From the NCBI RefSeq assembly GCF_003367075.2, contig NZ_CP065936.1, positions 1,440,001 to 1,472,000 of the forward strand: a DNA stretch of 32,000 nucleotides, given 5' to 3'. The stretch is from Cylindrospermopsis raciborskii Cr2010 (lineage in GTDB: Bacteria; Cyanobacteriota; Cyanobacteriia; Cyanobacteriales; Nostocaceae). Under the pieces are notes generated by a model. That model had not been told where the DNA came from and made no database searches. It saw only the letters and a program-made list of their open reading frames with translations. Below, piece by piece: positions 15,144-23,946 of the stretch; position 1 is the stretch's first letter, and each line of letters begins with the position of its first letter. The translations under genes were made by a program, and so were the position numbers.

Positions 15144-15974
15144 GTGATGGATTTACGTCGGGATGCTTTACAAATTCTCAAGGAAACTAGTAGAACCTTT
15201 TATATTCCAATTAGCATTATGCCATCAGGACTACAAGAAGCTGTGGCATCAGCATACTTGTGTATGCGTGCTATTGACGAGATTGAGGACCATCCAACTC
15301 TGGAAAATCATACTAAGGGAATTTTACTACAAAGCATTAGCCAAACTCTACAAGCAGGAGTGGATGGTTTTGCAGTGGATGCTTTTTCCATGGGATTTAA
15401 GGGTTATGAAGATTCCTTACCTGAGGTCAGTGTCAGGATTAGGGAATGGGCAATTTTAGCACCAGAAAGCATTGCACCTCGCATTTGGGATGCAACAGCA
15501 GCTATGGCCGATAGAATGGCTTACTGGTCACAAATAAATTGGCAAATTAAGAATGAATACGACCTGGACCGTTACACCTTTGGCGTTGCAGGTGCAGTAG
15601 GTTTGTTACTCTCAGATTTATGGTCATGGTATGATGGAACCACGACTAACCGCATGGAAGCGATCGCCTTTGGTCGAGGGTTACAAGCAGTAAATATCCT
15701 ACGTAATAATAGTGAAGATTTAACCCGTGGGGTAAATTTTTTCCCCGAGGGTTGGAATCACCAGGATCTTCAACAGTATGCTCGTCGTCATCTAGCTTTA
15801 GCGGATAGTTATACTAATAGTCTTCCTCCTGGACCCGCTCTACAATTCTGTCAAATTCCCCTGGCCTTGGCCCATGGTACTCTGGATGCACTAGCTAATG
15901 GTAAGGAAAAACTCAGTCGTCATGATGTCTATGCTCTAATCGAAAATCTCATTAATGTCAATGCAGTAGTATAA
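15144..15974 (+). CDS. squalene/phytoene synthase family protein (short, divergent member)
   Basis: 276-aa ORF with SRTFYIPI. The first acidic motif is YLCMRAIDEIED and the second acidic region is NILRNNSEDLTRG. This is the trans-isoprenyl diphosphate synthase head-to-head pattern. Confidence 0.8.
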   Translation: MMDLRRDALQILKETSRTFYIPISIMPSGLQEAVASAYLCMRAIDEIEDHPTLENHTKGILLQSISQTLQAGVDGFAVDAFSMGFKGYEDSLPEVSVRIREWAILAPESIAPRIWDATAAMADRMAYWSQINWQIKNEYDLDRYTFGVAGAVGLLLSDLWSWYDGTTTNRMEAIAFGRGLQAVNILRNNSEDLTRGVNFFPEGWNHQDLQQYARRHLALADSYTNSLPPGPALQFCQIPLALAHGTLDALANGKEKLSRHDVYALIENLINVNAVV

Positions 15975-15991
15975 ACAACCCCATCCCCCGG

Positions 15992-17968
15992 GTGGGGATG
16001 GATAAGAAAATACCAGTCCCAAATTATTCATCCATGAACACAAATCTTTTAGGAAAAACTCTGAGCGATCGCTATGTTATTATACGCCAAGTAGGACAGG
16101 GGGGATTTGGACGTACCTACCTAGCTGAGGATATGAACCGATTTCGGGAGTATTGCGTTTTAAAAGAATTTTCTCCTGTTGTCCAAACTCCAGAAGCTGT
16201 TAAAAAAGCCCAAGAACTATTTGAAAGGGAGGCCACTGTACTTTATCAGTTAGAACACCCTCAAATACCCCGGTTTCGGGAATTATTGCCCATTAACCTC
16301 GAGGGAAAGGAATATCTATTTTTAGTCCAGGATTACGTCCAAGGAATAACCTATAGCTCTTTACTCAATACTCAACAACAACAGGGGCTAAAATTTTCTG
16401 AAACTGCAGTTCGTCAACTCTTAGAACAAATTCTGCCAGTTTTGCAATACATTCACAGCATGGGGGTGATTCATCGAGACATTTCCCCTGATAACTTAAT
16501 TCTAAGAAATTCCGATCAGTTGCCAGTACTAATTGATTTCGGAGGAGTAAAACAAGTTGCTGCAAATTTAGCTTCTCAGTATTACCAATCCGGTCAAAAT
16601 ACTCCTAGTAGTGGCACCTTATTAGGCAAAGTGGGATTCGCACCACCAGAACAAATGCAAACAGGTTTAGTTTACCCTCATAGCGACCTATATGCTTTAG
16701 CTGTAACTGTTTTAGTATTACTTACAGGTAAAATGCCCCAGGAAATAATTGATACTCAAACCTTACAGTGGCAATGGCGACGAGAAGTTAGACTCAGTCC
16801 ACTCCTAGGTCAAGTTTTAGACCGCATGCTCTCCTATAAACCAGGCGATCGCTATCAAACAGCCAATCAGGTTTTAGATGCTCTTAACTTCCAAAGGGTG
16901 AGTTCTCCTATGTCTGGGTCGCTCACTAGTCAAACAATGGCAATTTCTCAACCATCTACACCCATGACCTCCACACCTGAAACCACGGGTGTTTGGACCA
17001 CAACTAACATAATGATGGTTACTATGGCTATATTCACCAGTGCAGGACTATTATGGTGGGGGTTTAATAATCGTTATCAGCCAACTAACACCCCCAGTGT
17101 CGCATCTCCCACACCCACCACTACACCCTCTGTAGATCCCACCGCTAATTACTCCCCAGAAGAAAAACAACGTAAGCAAAAACTGCGCGATCGCCTGGAA
17201 GAACTAAACATCAATTCTAGGTTCTTTAGCAGTTTGGTGAATCAGGTATTTTGGGAAAAAAACCCCAGTCTAACAGGAAGGACTCTTAGCAGCGAACCGG
17301 AGGATGAAAGTTTACGGAAAGAATGGGATAAAACTGCCATGGAAGTTGTGGAAAAACTTGCTATCCTCAGCGAAAACTCACGTAGACAGCTAGGAACTTA
17401 TACATCATCCACTCGACAAAAATGGCAAATGGTAATTAACAGCAAAAACGTTAGTAGTAATGCCCTATATGACCTAGCTGATGCTGCTCTTTTACGTATT
17501 TTTCCTGAGCAAAAGGGTAAGAATTTTATTTCCAAACCTCTCGGTCAAGTTTGGCAGGGATTTGCCAACGATAGACTCAATGACATCATGGAAAACACGG
17601 CCTGGGAAAAAATAGTATTGGATCCTGGTAATACAAGTAAAATGGCTAGGGGAACTCTAGATCCAGGAGGAGGCAAAGTTTTCATTGCCAAATTGGTTAA
17701 AGACCAAAATATGCAGGTGCAACTGGATGCAAACACGGAGGTTTTACTGTCAGTTTATTCTCCATCTGGTAAGACAAAATTTTTGCAAGATTCAAAATCG
17801 CGTCAACTCTCCCAAATATTACCAGAAAGTGGATTTTATGAATTTGTTGTAGTTTCCACAGCATCAAATCCTGAAGACTACGAATTCTCTCTTACCATAG
17901 AAAATCCTCCCGCACCAGAACCCATAGAAACCCCCACCCCGGAAACCACTCCAGAACCTGTTCAATAA
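15992..17968 (+). CDS. Ser/Thr protein kinase with central TM segment and C-terminal extracytoplasmic domain
   Basis: 658-aa ORF with the Hanks kinase motifs GQGGFGRTY, VLKEF, HRDISPDNLIL, DFGGVK and APPE. A hydrophobic segment (IMMVTMAIFTSAGLLWW) follows, then a Pro/Thr-rich C-terminal region. The start is uncertain: GTG 15992, ATG 15998 or ATG 16034. Confidence 0.9.
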   Translation: MGMDKKIPVPNYSSMNTNLLGKTLSDRYVIIRQVGQGGFGRTYLAEDMNRFREYCVLKEFSPVVQTPEAVKKAQELFEREATVLYQLEHPQIPRFRELLPINLEGKEYLFLVQDYVQGITYSSLLNTQQQQGLKFSETAVRQLLEQILPVLQYIHSMGVIHRDISPDNLILRNSDQLPVLIDFGGVKQVAANLASQYYQSGQNTPSSGTLLGKVGFAPPEQMQTGLVYPHSDLYALAVTVLVLLTGKMPQEIIDTQTLQWQWRREVRLSPLLGQVLDRMLSYKPGDRYQTANQVLDALNFQRVSSPMSGSLTSQTMAISQPSTPMTSTPETTGVWTTTNIMMVTMAIFTSAGLLWWGFNNRYQPTNTPSVASPTPTTTPSVDPTANYSPEEKQRKQKLRDRLEELNINSRFFSSLVNQVFWEKNPSLTGRTLSSEPEDESLRKEWDKTAMEVVEKLAILSENSRRQLGTYTSSTRQKWQMVINSKNVSSNALYDLADAALLRIFPEQKGKNFISKPLGQVWQGFANDRLNDIMENTAWEKIVLDPGNTSKMARGTLDPGGGKVFIAKLVKDQNMQVQLDANTEVLLSVYSPSGKTKFLQDSKSRQLSQILPESGFYEFVVVSTASNPEDYEFSLTIENPPAPEPIETPTPETTPEPVQ

Positions 17969-18000
17969 AAATATCAACATCAACAAATGGTTTCATAATT

Positions 18001-18153
18001 ATGAACAAAATCGTGGGAAAGGATGAAAGCAGAACTGATAAAAACAACCTACCCGGTTGTCAAGAGGAAAGGATTCTTTGTCCCCATTGTAAACGTACTG
18101 CTACTAATGGAATTAAGTGTAAAGGTATTTGTGTAGCTGACAGTGACTACTGA
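18001..18153 (+). CDS. small Cys-rich (zinc-ribbon-like) protein, 50 aa
   Basis: ATG-to-TGA frame that is absent from the ORF track because it is under 60 aa: MNKIVGKDESRTDKNNLPGCQEERILCPHCKRTATNGIKCKGICVADSDY. The Cys spacing is C-x6-CxxC-x11-C-x3-C. It lies on the same strand immediately after the kinase gene. Confidence 0.35.
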   Translation: MNKIVGKDESRTDKNNLPGCQEERILCPHCKRTATNGIKCKGICVADSDY

Positions 18154-18168
18154 TAATCACAACTAATA

Positions 18169-19290
18169 TTACACTCCGTCCACGGTCAGCCCTAAATAGT
18201 TGCGAACAATTTTCAAGATTCGCTCTGCTGCATGACCATCTCCAAAAGGGTTAATAGCATTTGCCATTGATAAATATGCTTGCTTATCACTTAACAACTC
18301 ACTAGCAGCAGTTACAATTCTATCTGTTTGTGTTCCTACTAATTTAGCCGTACCCGCTGTTACCGCTTCTGGTCTTTCTGTAGTATCTCTAAGCACTAAC
18401 ACGGGTTTACCAAGACTAGGAGCTTCTTCTTGCAGTCCACCAGAGTCTGTTAACAATAAGTAAGAGCGCCCTATTGCTCCTACTAACTCCGCATAATCTA
18501 ATGGTTCTGTTAAAAAAATCCGGGGGTGTTTACCTAGTATTTGTTGTAATGGCTCTCTAACAGTAGGATTTTTATGTAGTGGTAATAATAAAGCTGTGTC
18601 GGAAAACCGATCTAAAATTTCTAGGAAACCTTGAGCAATTGCTTGCAGTGGTTCCCCCCAATTTTCTCGTCGGTGAACCGTGGCTAAAATAGTTCGATAT
18701 TCTCCCCACTTTAAACCGGGTATATCACAAGCTGGGTTGGCTTTTGCTACGTTCAACAACGCATCAATTACGGTGTTACCAGTCAGGTGGATTTCCCCTA
18801 AAACACCGGAATTCTGTAAATTGGTTACCGCTAAGGAGGTAGGTGCAAAATGTAATTGACTAATTTGGGAAATTAATCTTCTGTTAGCTTCTTCCGGATA
18901 GGGATTAAACAGATCGTCAGTTCTCAACCCCGCTTCCAAATGACCTACCGGAATTTGCTGGTAAAAAGCTCCTAAAGCTGCTGCAAAGGCAGTTGTTGTA
19001 TCTCCCTGAACAATCACTAAGTCTATATTTAGCTTTTTATATAAAGTCTCTAAACCTTGCAAACTCCTACATGTAATATCATTAAGAGACTGTTTAGGCT
19101 GCATAATCTCTAGATCCCAATCCGCTTTCAGGTTAAACAGCACCATTACTTGTGCGACCATTTCCTTATGCTGTCCTGTAAGAATCACTTCTACTTCTAA
19201 GTCCGCAACAGTTTTAAATATCTGAATTACTGGTGCTAGTTTAATTGCTTCAGGACGAGTACCTAAAACAATGCCAATTTTTTTAGTCAT
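18169..19290 (-). CDS. wecB: UDP-N-acetylglucosamine 2-epimerase (non-hydrolysing)
   Basis: 373-aa ORF with N-terminal IVLGTRPEAIKLAPV, plus QGDTTT, HLEAGLRT, VHRREN and LTDSGGLQEE. These are the canonical WecB/MnaA motifs. Confidence 0.9.
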   Translation of the reverse strand: MTKKIGIVLGTRPEAIKLAPVIQIFKTVADLEVEVILTGQHKEMVAQVMVLFNLKADWDLEIMQPKQSLNDITCRSLQGLETLYKKLNIDLVIVQGDTTTAFAAALGAFYQQIPVGHLEAGLRTDDLFNPYPEEANRRLISQISQLHFAPTSLAVTNLQNSGVLGEIHLTGNTVIDALLNVAKANPACDIPGLKWGEYRTILATVHRRENWGEPLQAIAQGFLEILDRFSDTALLLPLHKNPTVREPLQQILGKHPRIFLTEPLDYAELVGAIGRSYLLLTDSGGLQEEAPSLGKPVLVLRDTTERPEAVTAGTAKLVGTQTDRIVTAASELLSDKQAYLSMANAINPFGDGHAAERILKIVRNYLGLTVDGV

Positions 19291-19392
19291 TACTTATCGA
19301 ATTATTGATCATGAAATAGTACAGCAGCCATAATTCTATCCTAAATCATTCCCATTCGTTAAAACAAAATTTTTTCCCCTCTCTTAAACACG

Positions 19393-19413
19393 AAAAAACC
19401 CGGCTTAACCGGG
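19393..19413 (-). terminator. rho-independent terminator candidate for the 123-aa membrane-protein gene
   Basis: GC-rich hairpin CCCGG-cttaa-CCGGG (19399-19413). On the minus strand it is followed immediately by TTTTTT (19393-19398). Confidence 0.55.
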
Positions 19414-19571
19414 CAGATGGACTGTTTTTTTAAATTTGACCTATCAAGTTGTAGCTCTAACTAAAACTCTATAAACAGAGTTTATGGCTGAAAATGAGAG
19501 TCGGGTAGATGATCGCCTACCCTCCCTACAGGTGGCTACCGCTATTAATTGACATGTCAAACTTATATTAA

Positions 19572-19943
19572 TCATTTGATCTCACAAGTTAAAGGACAAG
19601 AAGCATAAACGGTAGTTTGCACCCTTTCCGCATCACCATATAGCCAACTTAACCACTTAACTTCTTTGGGATGAACACTCTTAGCAGTCAAGACACCTGC
19701 CACGATTAAAACTGACATAACATTGAAAATTACTAAAGTACCTGCTACGAGTAAAACAGCGCTCGCAGGCATAACAGATTGCAAAACAATAGAGAGTAAG
19801 CAACCTACTGTAGCCATAACTACAACTAGTGGAAAACCTACTACTAACAAGCACACTGCTAATGTGAAAGTCCAAATTAAAAAGCTTTTCATCATTAACA
19901 AGGAGTACATCTTCCCTTGATTAGAGCTTTGAGCCACAACCAT
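19572..19943 (-). CDS. small integral membrane protein, unknown function
   Basis: 123-aa ORF with three clear hydrophobic helices (FLIWTFTLAVCLLVVGFPLVVVMATVGCLL, AVLLVAGTLVIFNVMSVLIVAGVL). A terminator lies downstream. The start could be an internal Met. Confidence 0.5.
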   Translation of the reverse strand: MVVAQSSNQGKMYSLLMMKSFLIWTFTLAVCLLVVGFPLVVVMATVGCLLSIVLQSVMPASAVLLVAGTLVIFNVMSVLIVAGVLTAKSVHPKEVKWLSWLYGDAERVQTTVYASCPLTCEIK

Positions 19944-20387
19944 GATCTTTCCTCCTAAAATTACACAGCAAGGTTTAAAGTTGAATTTCAGTTTTGCTCA
20001 ATTCTTGAGATCACTGTTTTCATTCAGTGAAATTCAGTATATAGAACCTGAAGAAAAAGATGAGCATTTCTTTATTAATCTTTACACTTAATTTTTCGTA
20101 ATCATGGATTTGATGCCCAAACCGGGTTTGGTTCACTACTCCTAATTCCCCATATATCCCTGGATATATAACTTTGGGAATAGCAATGCCCATGGATCTT
20201 ACCCAAAATCTGTCTTCTAACTTGCTTAACATTTCTTAATAAAAGTCTCCTTATCTCTCATAATTGAAATGGAAAATAAAAGGCTAGTAGTGACCTATAA
20301 TTTAGGTAACGCGGTTCCACAAAAATAAATGCTCTGCATTGACAGTGACCAGTGTTAATAACAAACAACAGGTATTAACTAAATTTA

Positions 20388-21164
20388 ATGAGTATTTATA
20401 ACTTAGGTACAAATATAGATAAACCATCTTTACCTCAAGTGTTTAAAGGGATTGCCTTGTTTACACCGGGGGGAGATTTAATTTACTGTATTGATCCGAG
20501 TAAACAGAAGCGATGGCATTTGCATTTGTGTGGGGTCTTGCAGGAAATACTGAATCTATCAGAACCTCCCCATTTTTTAGTTCCTTGTTATACAGCTACA
20601 ATTGATCATTGGTTAAATCCACGTACACAAAAAATACAGACATTTGCGGAGGCTTATCCTGCGGTAATGAGCTATCAGCCAGTATTGGGAGCAATTTTTG
20701 GGACAGGAAATGAAGTGTGGCAAAGGTCACCTTGGCGAGAGGATGTATGTGATCCCATGGTAATAGAGAGTTACCGTTCAACCTTTCCCCAATTATGGGA
20801 GGATCACGATTTGATCGTGCGTTTAGATAGTATGTCCATGCCTTATTCACAGAAGCATGTCAATCAAAAACAGATAATACAGAATCATGAAGTTTATGTT
20901 TTACGTTTATTTGTTGCTGGTCATAACATATCCACTGAAAGAATTTTAGAGAAACTACATGAATTATTAGAAGAGTACTTGGGGGTTCCTTACACTCTCA
21001 AGGTAATTGATGTTTTAACACATCCGGAGCAAGCGGAGATAGATCAGGTTTCAGCCACACCCACATTAGTTAAGATTTGGCCCCATCCTGTTCGTCGGAT
21101 AGTTGGTAATTTGGATAATGTGGAAAAGGTGTTACAGACCCTGGGTAAAAAAGATAATTTTTAG
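20388..21164 (+). CDS. KaiB-like protein with ~160-aa N-terminal extension
   Basis: 258-aa ORF. The C-terminal ~95 aa (YVLRLFVAGHNISTERILEKLHELLEEYLGVPYTLKVIDVLTHPEQAEIDQVSATPTLVKIWPHPVRRIVGNL) is a clear KaiB/thioredoxin-like fold match. The N-terminal part has no motif I recognise. No kaiA or kaiC is nearby. Confidence 0.8.
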   Translation: MSIYNLGTNIDKPSLPQVFKGIALFTPGGDLIYCIDPSKQKRWHLHLCGVLQEILNLSEPPHFLVPCYTATIDHWLNPRTQKIQTFAEAYPAVMSYQPVLGAIFGTGNEVWQRSPWREDVCDPMVIESYRSTFPQLWEDHDLIVRLDSMSMPYSQKHVNQKQIIQNHEVYVLRLFVAGHNISTERILEKLHELLEEYLGVPYTLKVIDVLTHPEQAEIDQVSATPTLVKIWPHPVRRIVGNLDNVEKVLQTLGKKDNF

Positions 21165-21242
21165 GAGGGGGAAACCAATCCTTGGCAAATAAGTATTATA
21201 ATGTATAAGTGATATAAACATCTTAACCTATTTAAAACTACA

Positions 21243-22031
21243 GTGAAAAGTATGTATTTTACCTGGCTTGACAGTAACAGTTGGCTATTAGAAATTGGGG
21301 GGTGGCGCATTCTTTTAGATCCCTGGTTGGTAGGAGATTTAACCTTTAATAATGTAGATTGGCTATTCAAAAGTTATCGCCTGCAGGATCGTCCCATACC
21401 AAACAATATAGACTTAATTTTGTTATCTCAAGGTTTGGAAGATCATGCTCATCCACCGACTCTTAAACAGTTGGATAGACATATACCTGTTCTCGGTTCC
21501 CCCCAAGCAGCTAAGGTGGTAGAGAAATTGGGATATTATCAAGTGAAGACTCTCCATCACGGTGAAAGTTTTACCTTAGAGGACACTTTAAAAAATAGCA
21601 CCTTAAAAGACCAATTAGAAATTAAAGCTCTTCCTGGTTCTCCTGTAGGACCCAATGTGAGAGAAAATGGTTATGTGATCCGAAATATATCCAATAATGT
21701 GGGTCTATATTATGAACCACATGGTTATCATTCATCCGCACTTGAAGAATTGAGTCCAGTAGATGTAGTCATCACACCTATAATTAACTTATCTTTGCCT
21801 CTCCTAGGTCCAGTAATTAAAGGTATGAATAGTGCTTTGGAAGTTGCCAAATTGTTAAAACCCCAAATTATGCTCCCTACCGCTGCTGGTGGAGATGTGT
21901 TCTTTGATGGGATATTAAGTAAGGTATTACAAGCAAAGGGGAATGTGGCAGAGTTTAAGGAGTTATTAGAATTAAATAGTTTATCTACACAGGTAATTGA
22001 ACCTAAACCTGGAGAAAGGATTTCCGTTTAG
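21243..22031 (+). CDS. MBL-fold metallo-hydrolase-like protein
   Basis: 262-aa ORF with N-terminal FTWLDSNSWLLEIGGWRILLDPW and DLILLSQGLEDHAHPPT. This is a degenerate HxHxDH region typical of the UlaG-like beta-lactamase-fold subgroup. The real start may be the ATG at 21252. Confidence 0.7.
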   Translation: MKSMYFTWLDSNSWLLEIGGWRILLDPWLVGDLTFNNVDWLFKSYRLQDRPIPNNIDLILLSQGLEDHAHPPTLKQLDRHIPVLGSPQAAKVVEKLGYYQVKTLHHGESFTLEDTLKNSTLKDQLEIKALPGSPVGPNVRENGYVIRNISNNVGLYYEPHGYHSSALEELSPVDVVITPIINLSLPLLGPVIKGMNSALEVAKLLKPQIMLPTAAGGDVFFDGILSKVLQAKGNVAEFKELLELNSLSTQVIEPKPGERISV

Positions 22032-22037
22032 GAGGAT

Positions 22038-23669
22038 ATGGACTGGATTAATTTATTGAGATCCCTACAGTCAGATTTTATTAAAAGATTAAATTCTGGT
22101 TGTTTATTAAATTGTGAAATACCAGGAAGTCATAGTGAATTAACCATTATTTCCGGACAAAGACTGAAATCTCTGAGGGAATTTTGCTGGTCTATGGCGG
22201 AAAAGTATAAGCGTACCTCTACGGTGCGCGATGTGTTTATTAGTAATCTCAAAGGTAAATTAGGTGAAGAAGTAGTTAAAGAAAGATTAGCAGATTTTAT
22301 CACTGAGGTTGATTATGAAAAGCGTTTAGGTGGGGATGGTAAAAGTGATTTTACCGTCACTGCACATCCCTGGATTGGGATAGAAGTTAAATCTCGTCAC
22401 GGGGATTTTGATAAGGTGAGATGGTCTGTGAGTTCCCAAGAGGTAGGAAAAAATGCAGTTATTGTTTGTATTTTAATTCGGGAGGAGGTGACGGAAGCTC
22501 AGTCCGCATATCATCTTTTTTTAGCTGGGTTTCTCCCGACAAAAATGATTAAGTTAAAAACTGGCAGAATCTCGTTTGGTATTGATCAGTTGTTATATGG
22601 TGGAGGTTTATTAGCATATTTAGAAGATTTACCAGCCATGATTAGTAATGGCATTTCTCAAGAGGTAATTTCATCTAATACAAACGGTTTATACAACTCA
22701 CACAATTTACCAGCACCAGATATGGGGAGAGATGTGGTGGAGTTTTATGTGAAATTGGGGGATAAACATTTTGATGATGGTGACTATATTGTGGCAATTA
22801 GTAATTATAGTCAAGCATTACAAAACAATAAAAAAAACAGTTATTACCAAGGGGAACTCCAAGCTGAACTTAATCTCAGCCATAAATATACTGATAATGT
22901 TGGTAATATTGACATTTATGCCTACTATAAACTTGGTTTAGCCTATTATAAATTAGGTGATTATGATATGGCAATTTTCAACTATAACCAGGTAATCAAT
23001 GCCAATGTAAATCATAGCAATGCTTACAATAAAAGAGGTTTAGCCCATTATAAGTCACGTAATTATCACAGCGCCATAGAAGATTTTAGCCAGGCGATTT
23101 CTATTAACCCCGAATTGGCAATTAACTACAAAAATCGAGCCGAAGCTCGTTATTTAATAGGAGATTATCAAGGAGCAACAGAAGACTATAGTCAAGCAGT
23201 TAGTATTCATCCCGATTTGTTAGATCAACCAATATTGGTAGGAGATCTAGGAGAATTGTTTAACATTAAATGCCATGATGAAGTTATTTATAAAAATCGA
23301 GCCGATCATCTCTATCAGCTGGGAGCATACGAAGAAGCACTAGAAAACTATAATCAGGCGATCGCTCTAAATATTAACTATGTAGATGCTTATTATCAAC
23401 GAGGTAAAATCTATTTTAATAAGGGAATATATGAAGCAGCGGTGGATGATTTTAGCATGGTTATCAAAACCCAACCCAACTACGGTGATGCATATTATTA
23501 TAGAGGGAACTGCTGGTTAATTATGGGAAATAAACAGACAGCAAGTGGAGATTTTAAAAAGGCGGCGGATATATATTGGCAAGATGGTAGGTTAGCAGAA
23601 TACAAAGAAACCCAAGCCATGATCTTAGATGTAGAAATCGAACAATCCTTGGATATTCTAGATTTCTGA
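22038..23669 (+). CDS. TPR-repeat protein with N-terminal PD-(D/E)xK nuclease-like domain
   Basis: 543-aa ORF beginning 6 nt after the MBL gene stop, with AGGAGG just upstream. The N-terminal region shows GKLGEEVVKERL...GKSDFTVT...IGIEVKSR, an E..D..ExK pattern. The C-terminal ~300 aa carries at least 7 TPR units (repeated AxxxYxxAIxxxPxxxxAYxxRG). Confidence 0.8.
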   Translation: MDWINLLRSLQSDFIKRLNSGCLLNCEIPGSHSELTIISGQRLKSLREFCWSMAEKYKRTSTVRDVFISNLKGKLGEEVVKERLADFITEVDYEKRLGGDGKSDFTVTAHPWIGIEVKSRHGDFDKVRWSVSSQEVGKNAVIVCILIREEVTEAQSAYHLFLAGFLPTKMIKLKTGRISFGIDQLLYGGGLLAYLEDLPAMISNGISQEVISSNTNGLYNSHNLPAPDMGRDVVEFYVKLGDKHFDDGDYIVAISNYSQALQNNKKNSYYQGELQAELNLSHKYTDNVGNIDIYAYYKLGLAYYKLGDYDMAIFNYNQVINANVNHSNAYNKRGLAHYKSRNYHSAIEDFSQAISINPELAINYKNRAEARYLIGDYQGATEDYSQAVSIHPDLLDQPILVGDLGELFNIKCHDEVIYKNRADHLYQLGAYEEALENYNQAIALNINYVDAYYQRGKIYFNKGIYEAAVDDFSMVIKTQPNYGDAYYYRGNCWLIMGNKQTASGDFKKAADIYWQDGRLAEYKETQAMILDVEIEQSLDILDF

Positions 23670-23759
23670 TGGATTTTTAACAAATTTTTCCACTGGATAA
23701 AAGACTGGAATTTTTTTAAAAACCCCCTTTTTAAAACCTGACCAGTTTCATGATAAGTA

Positions 23760-23828
23760 GGTGGGTGGAATTAAAGAACGTAGGTTGAGTTTAATACGAA
23801 ACCCAACGCCCCCATGGGTTACCCTACC
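23760..23828. repeat. dispersed hairpin repeat (MITE-like), related to the three copies downstream of groEL
   Basis: ggtgggtggaattaaagaacgtaggttgagtttaatacgaaacccaacgcccccatgggttac aligns with gtgggtaagtggaattaaatataagatgaacgtaggttgggttgaagtatgaaacccaacacccccatgggttac at ~29947-30027 and in the two following copies. The core hairpin is GTTGGGTT..AACCCAAC. Confidence 0.7.
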
Positions 23829-23946
23829 ACTAACCCATCCCACAAATAATTGTCCCTCCCTACTTACTAGCATGATAATATAGCTCAAGTATCCTTATTT
23901 TTAATCTGACCATCAACAACCCACCGCTCTCCAGGAGGGATGAAAT

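Noticed and set aside
15163-15459. 98-aa alternative-frame ORF inside the squalene/phytoene synthase-like gene, plus other nested same-strand ORFs (24263..24445, 24785..25015)
   Set aside because: These are out-of-frame overlaps with longer ORFs that carry family motifs or a better coding appearance.
19681-19920. ORFs 19681..19875 (-) and 19723..19920 (+) overlapping the 123-aa membrane-protein gene
   Set aside because: These are alternative frames of the same hydrophobic-helix-encoding DNA. The 123-aa frame gives coherent TM helices and is followed by a terminator.
20020-20232. 70-aa minus-strand ORF in the 440-bp gap upstream of the KaiB-like gene
   Set aside because: It has no motif, an odd hydrophobic and aromatic C-terminus (FFFRFYILNF) and no clear RBS or terminator. 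It could be real, but I cannot support it from sequence alone.
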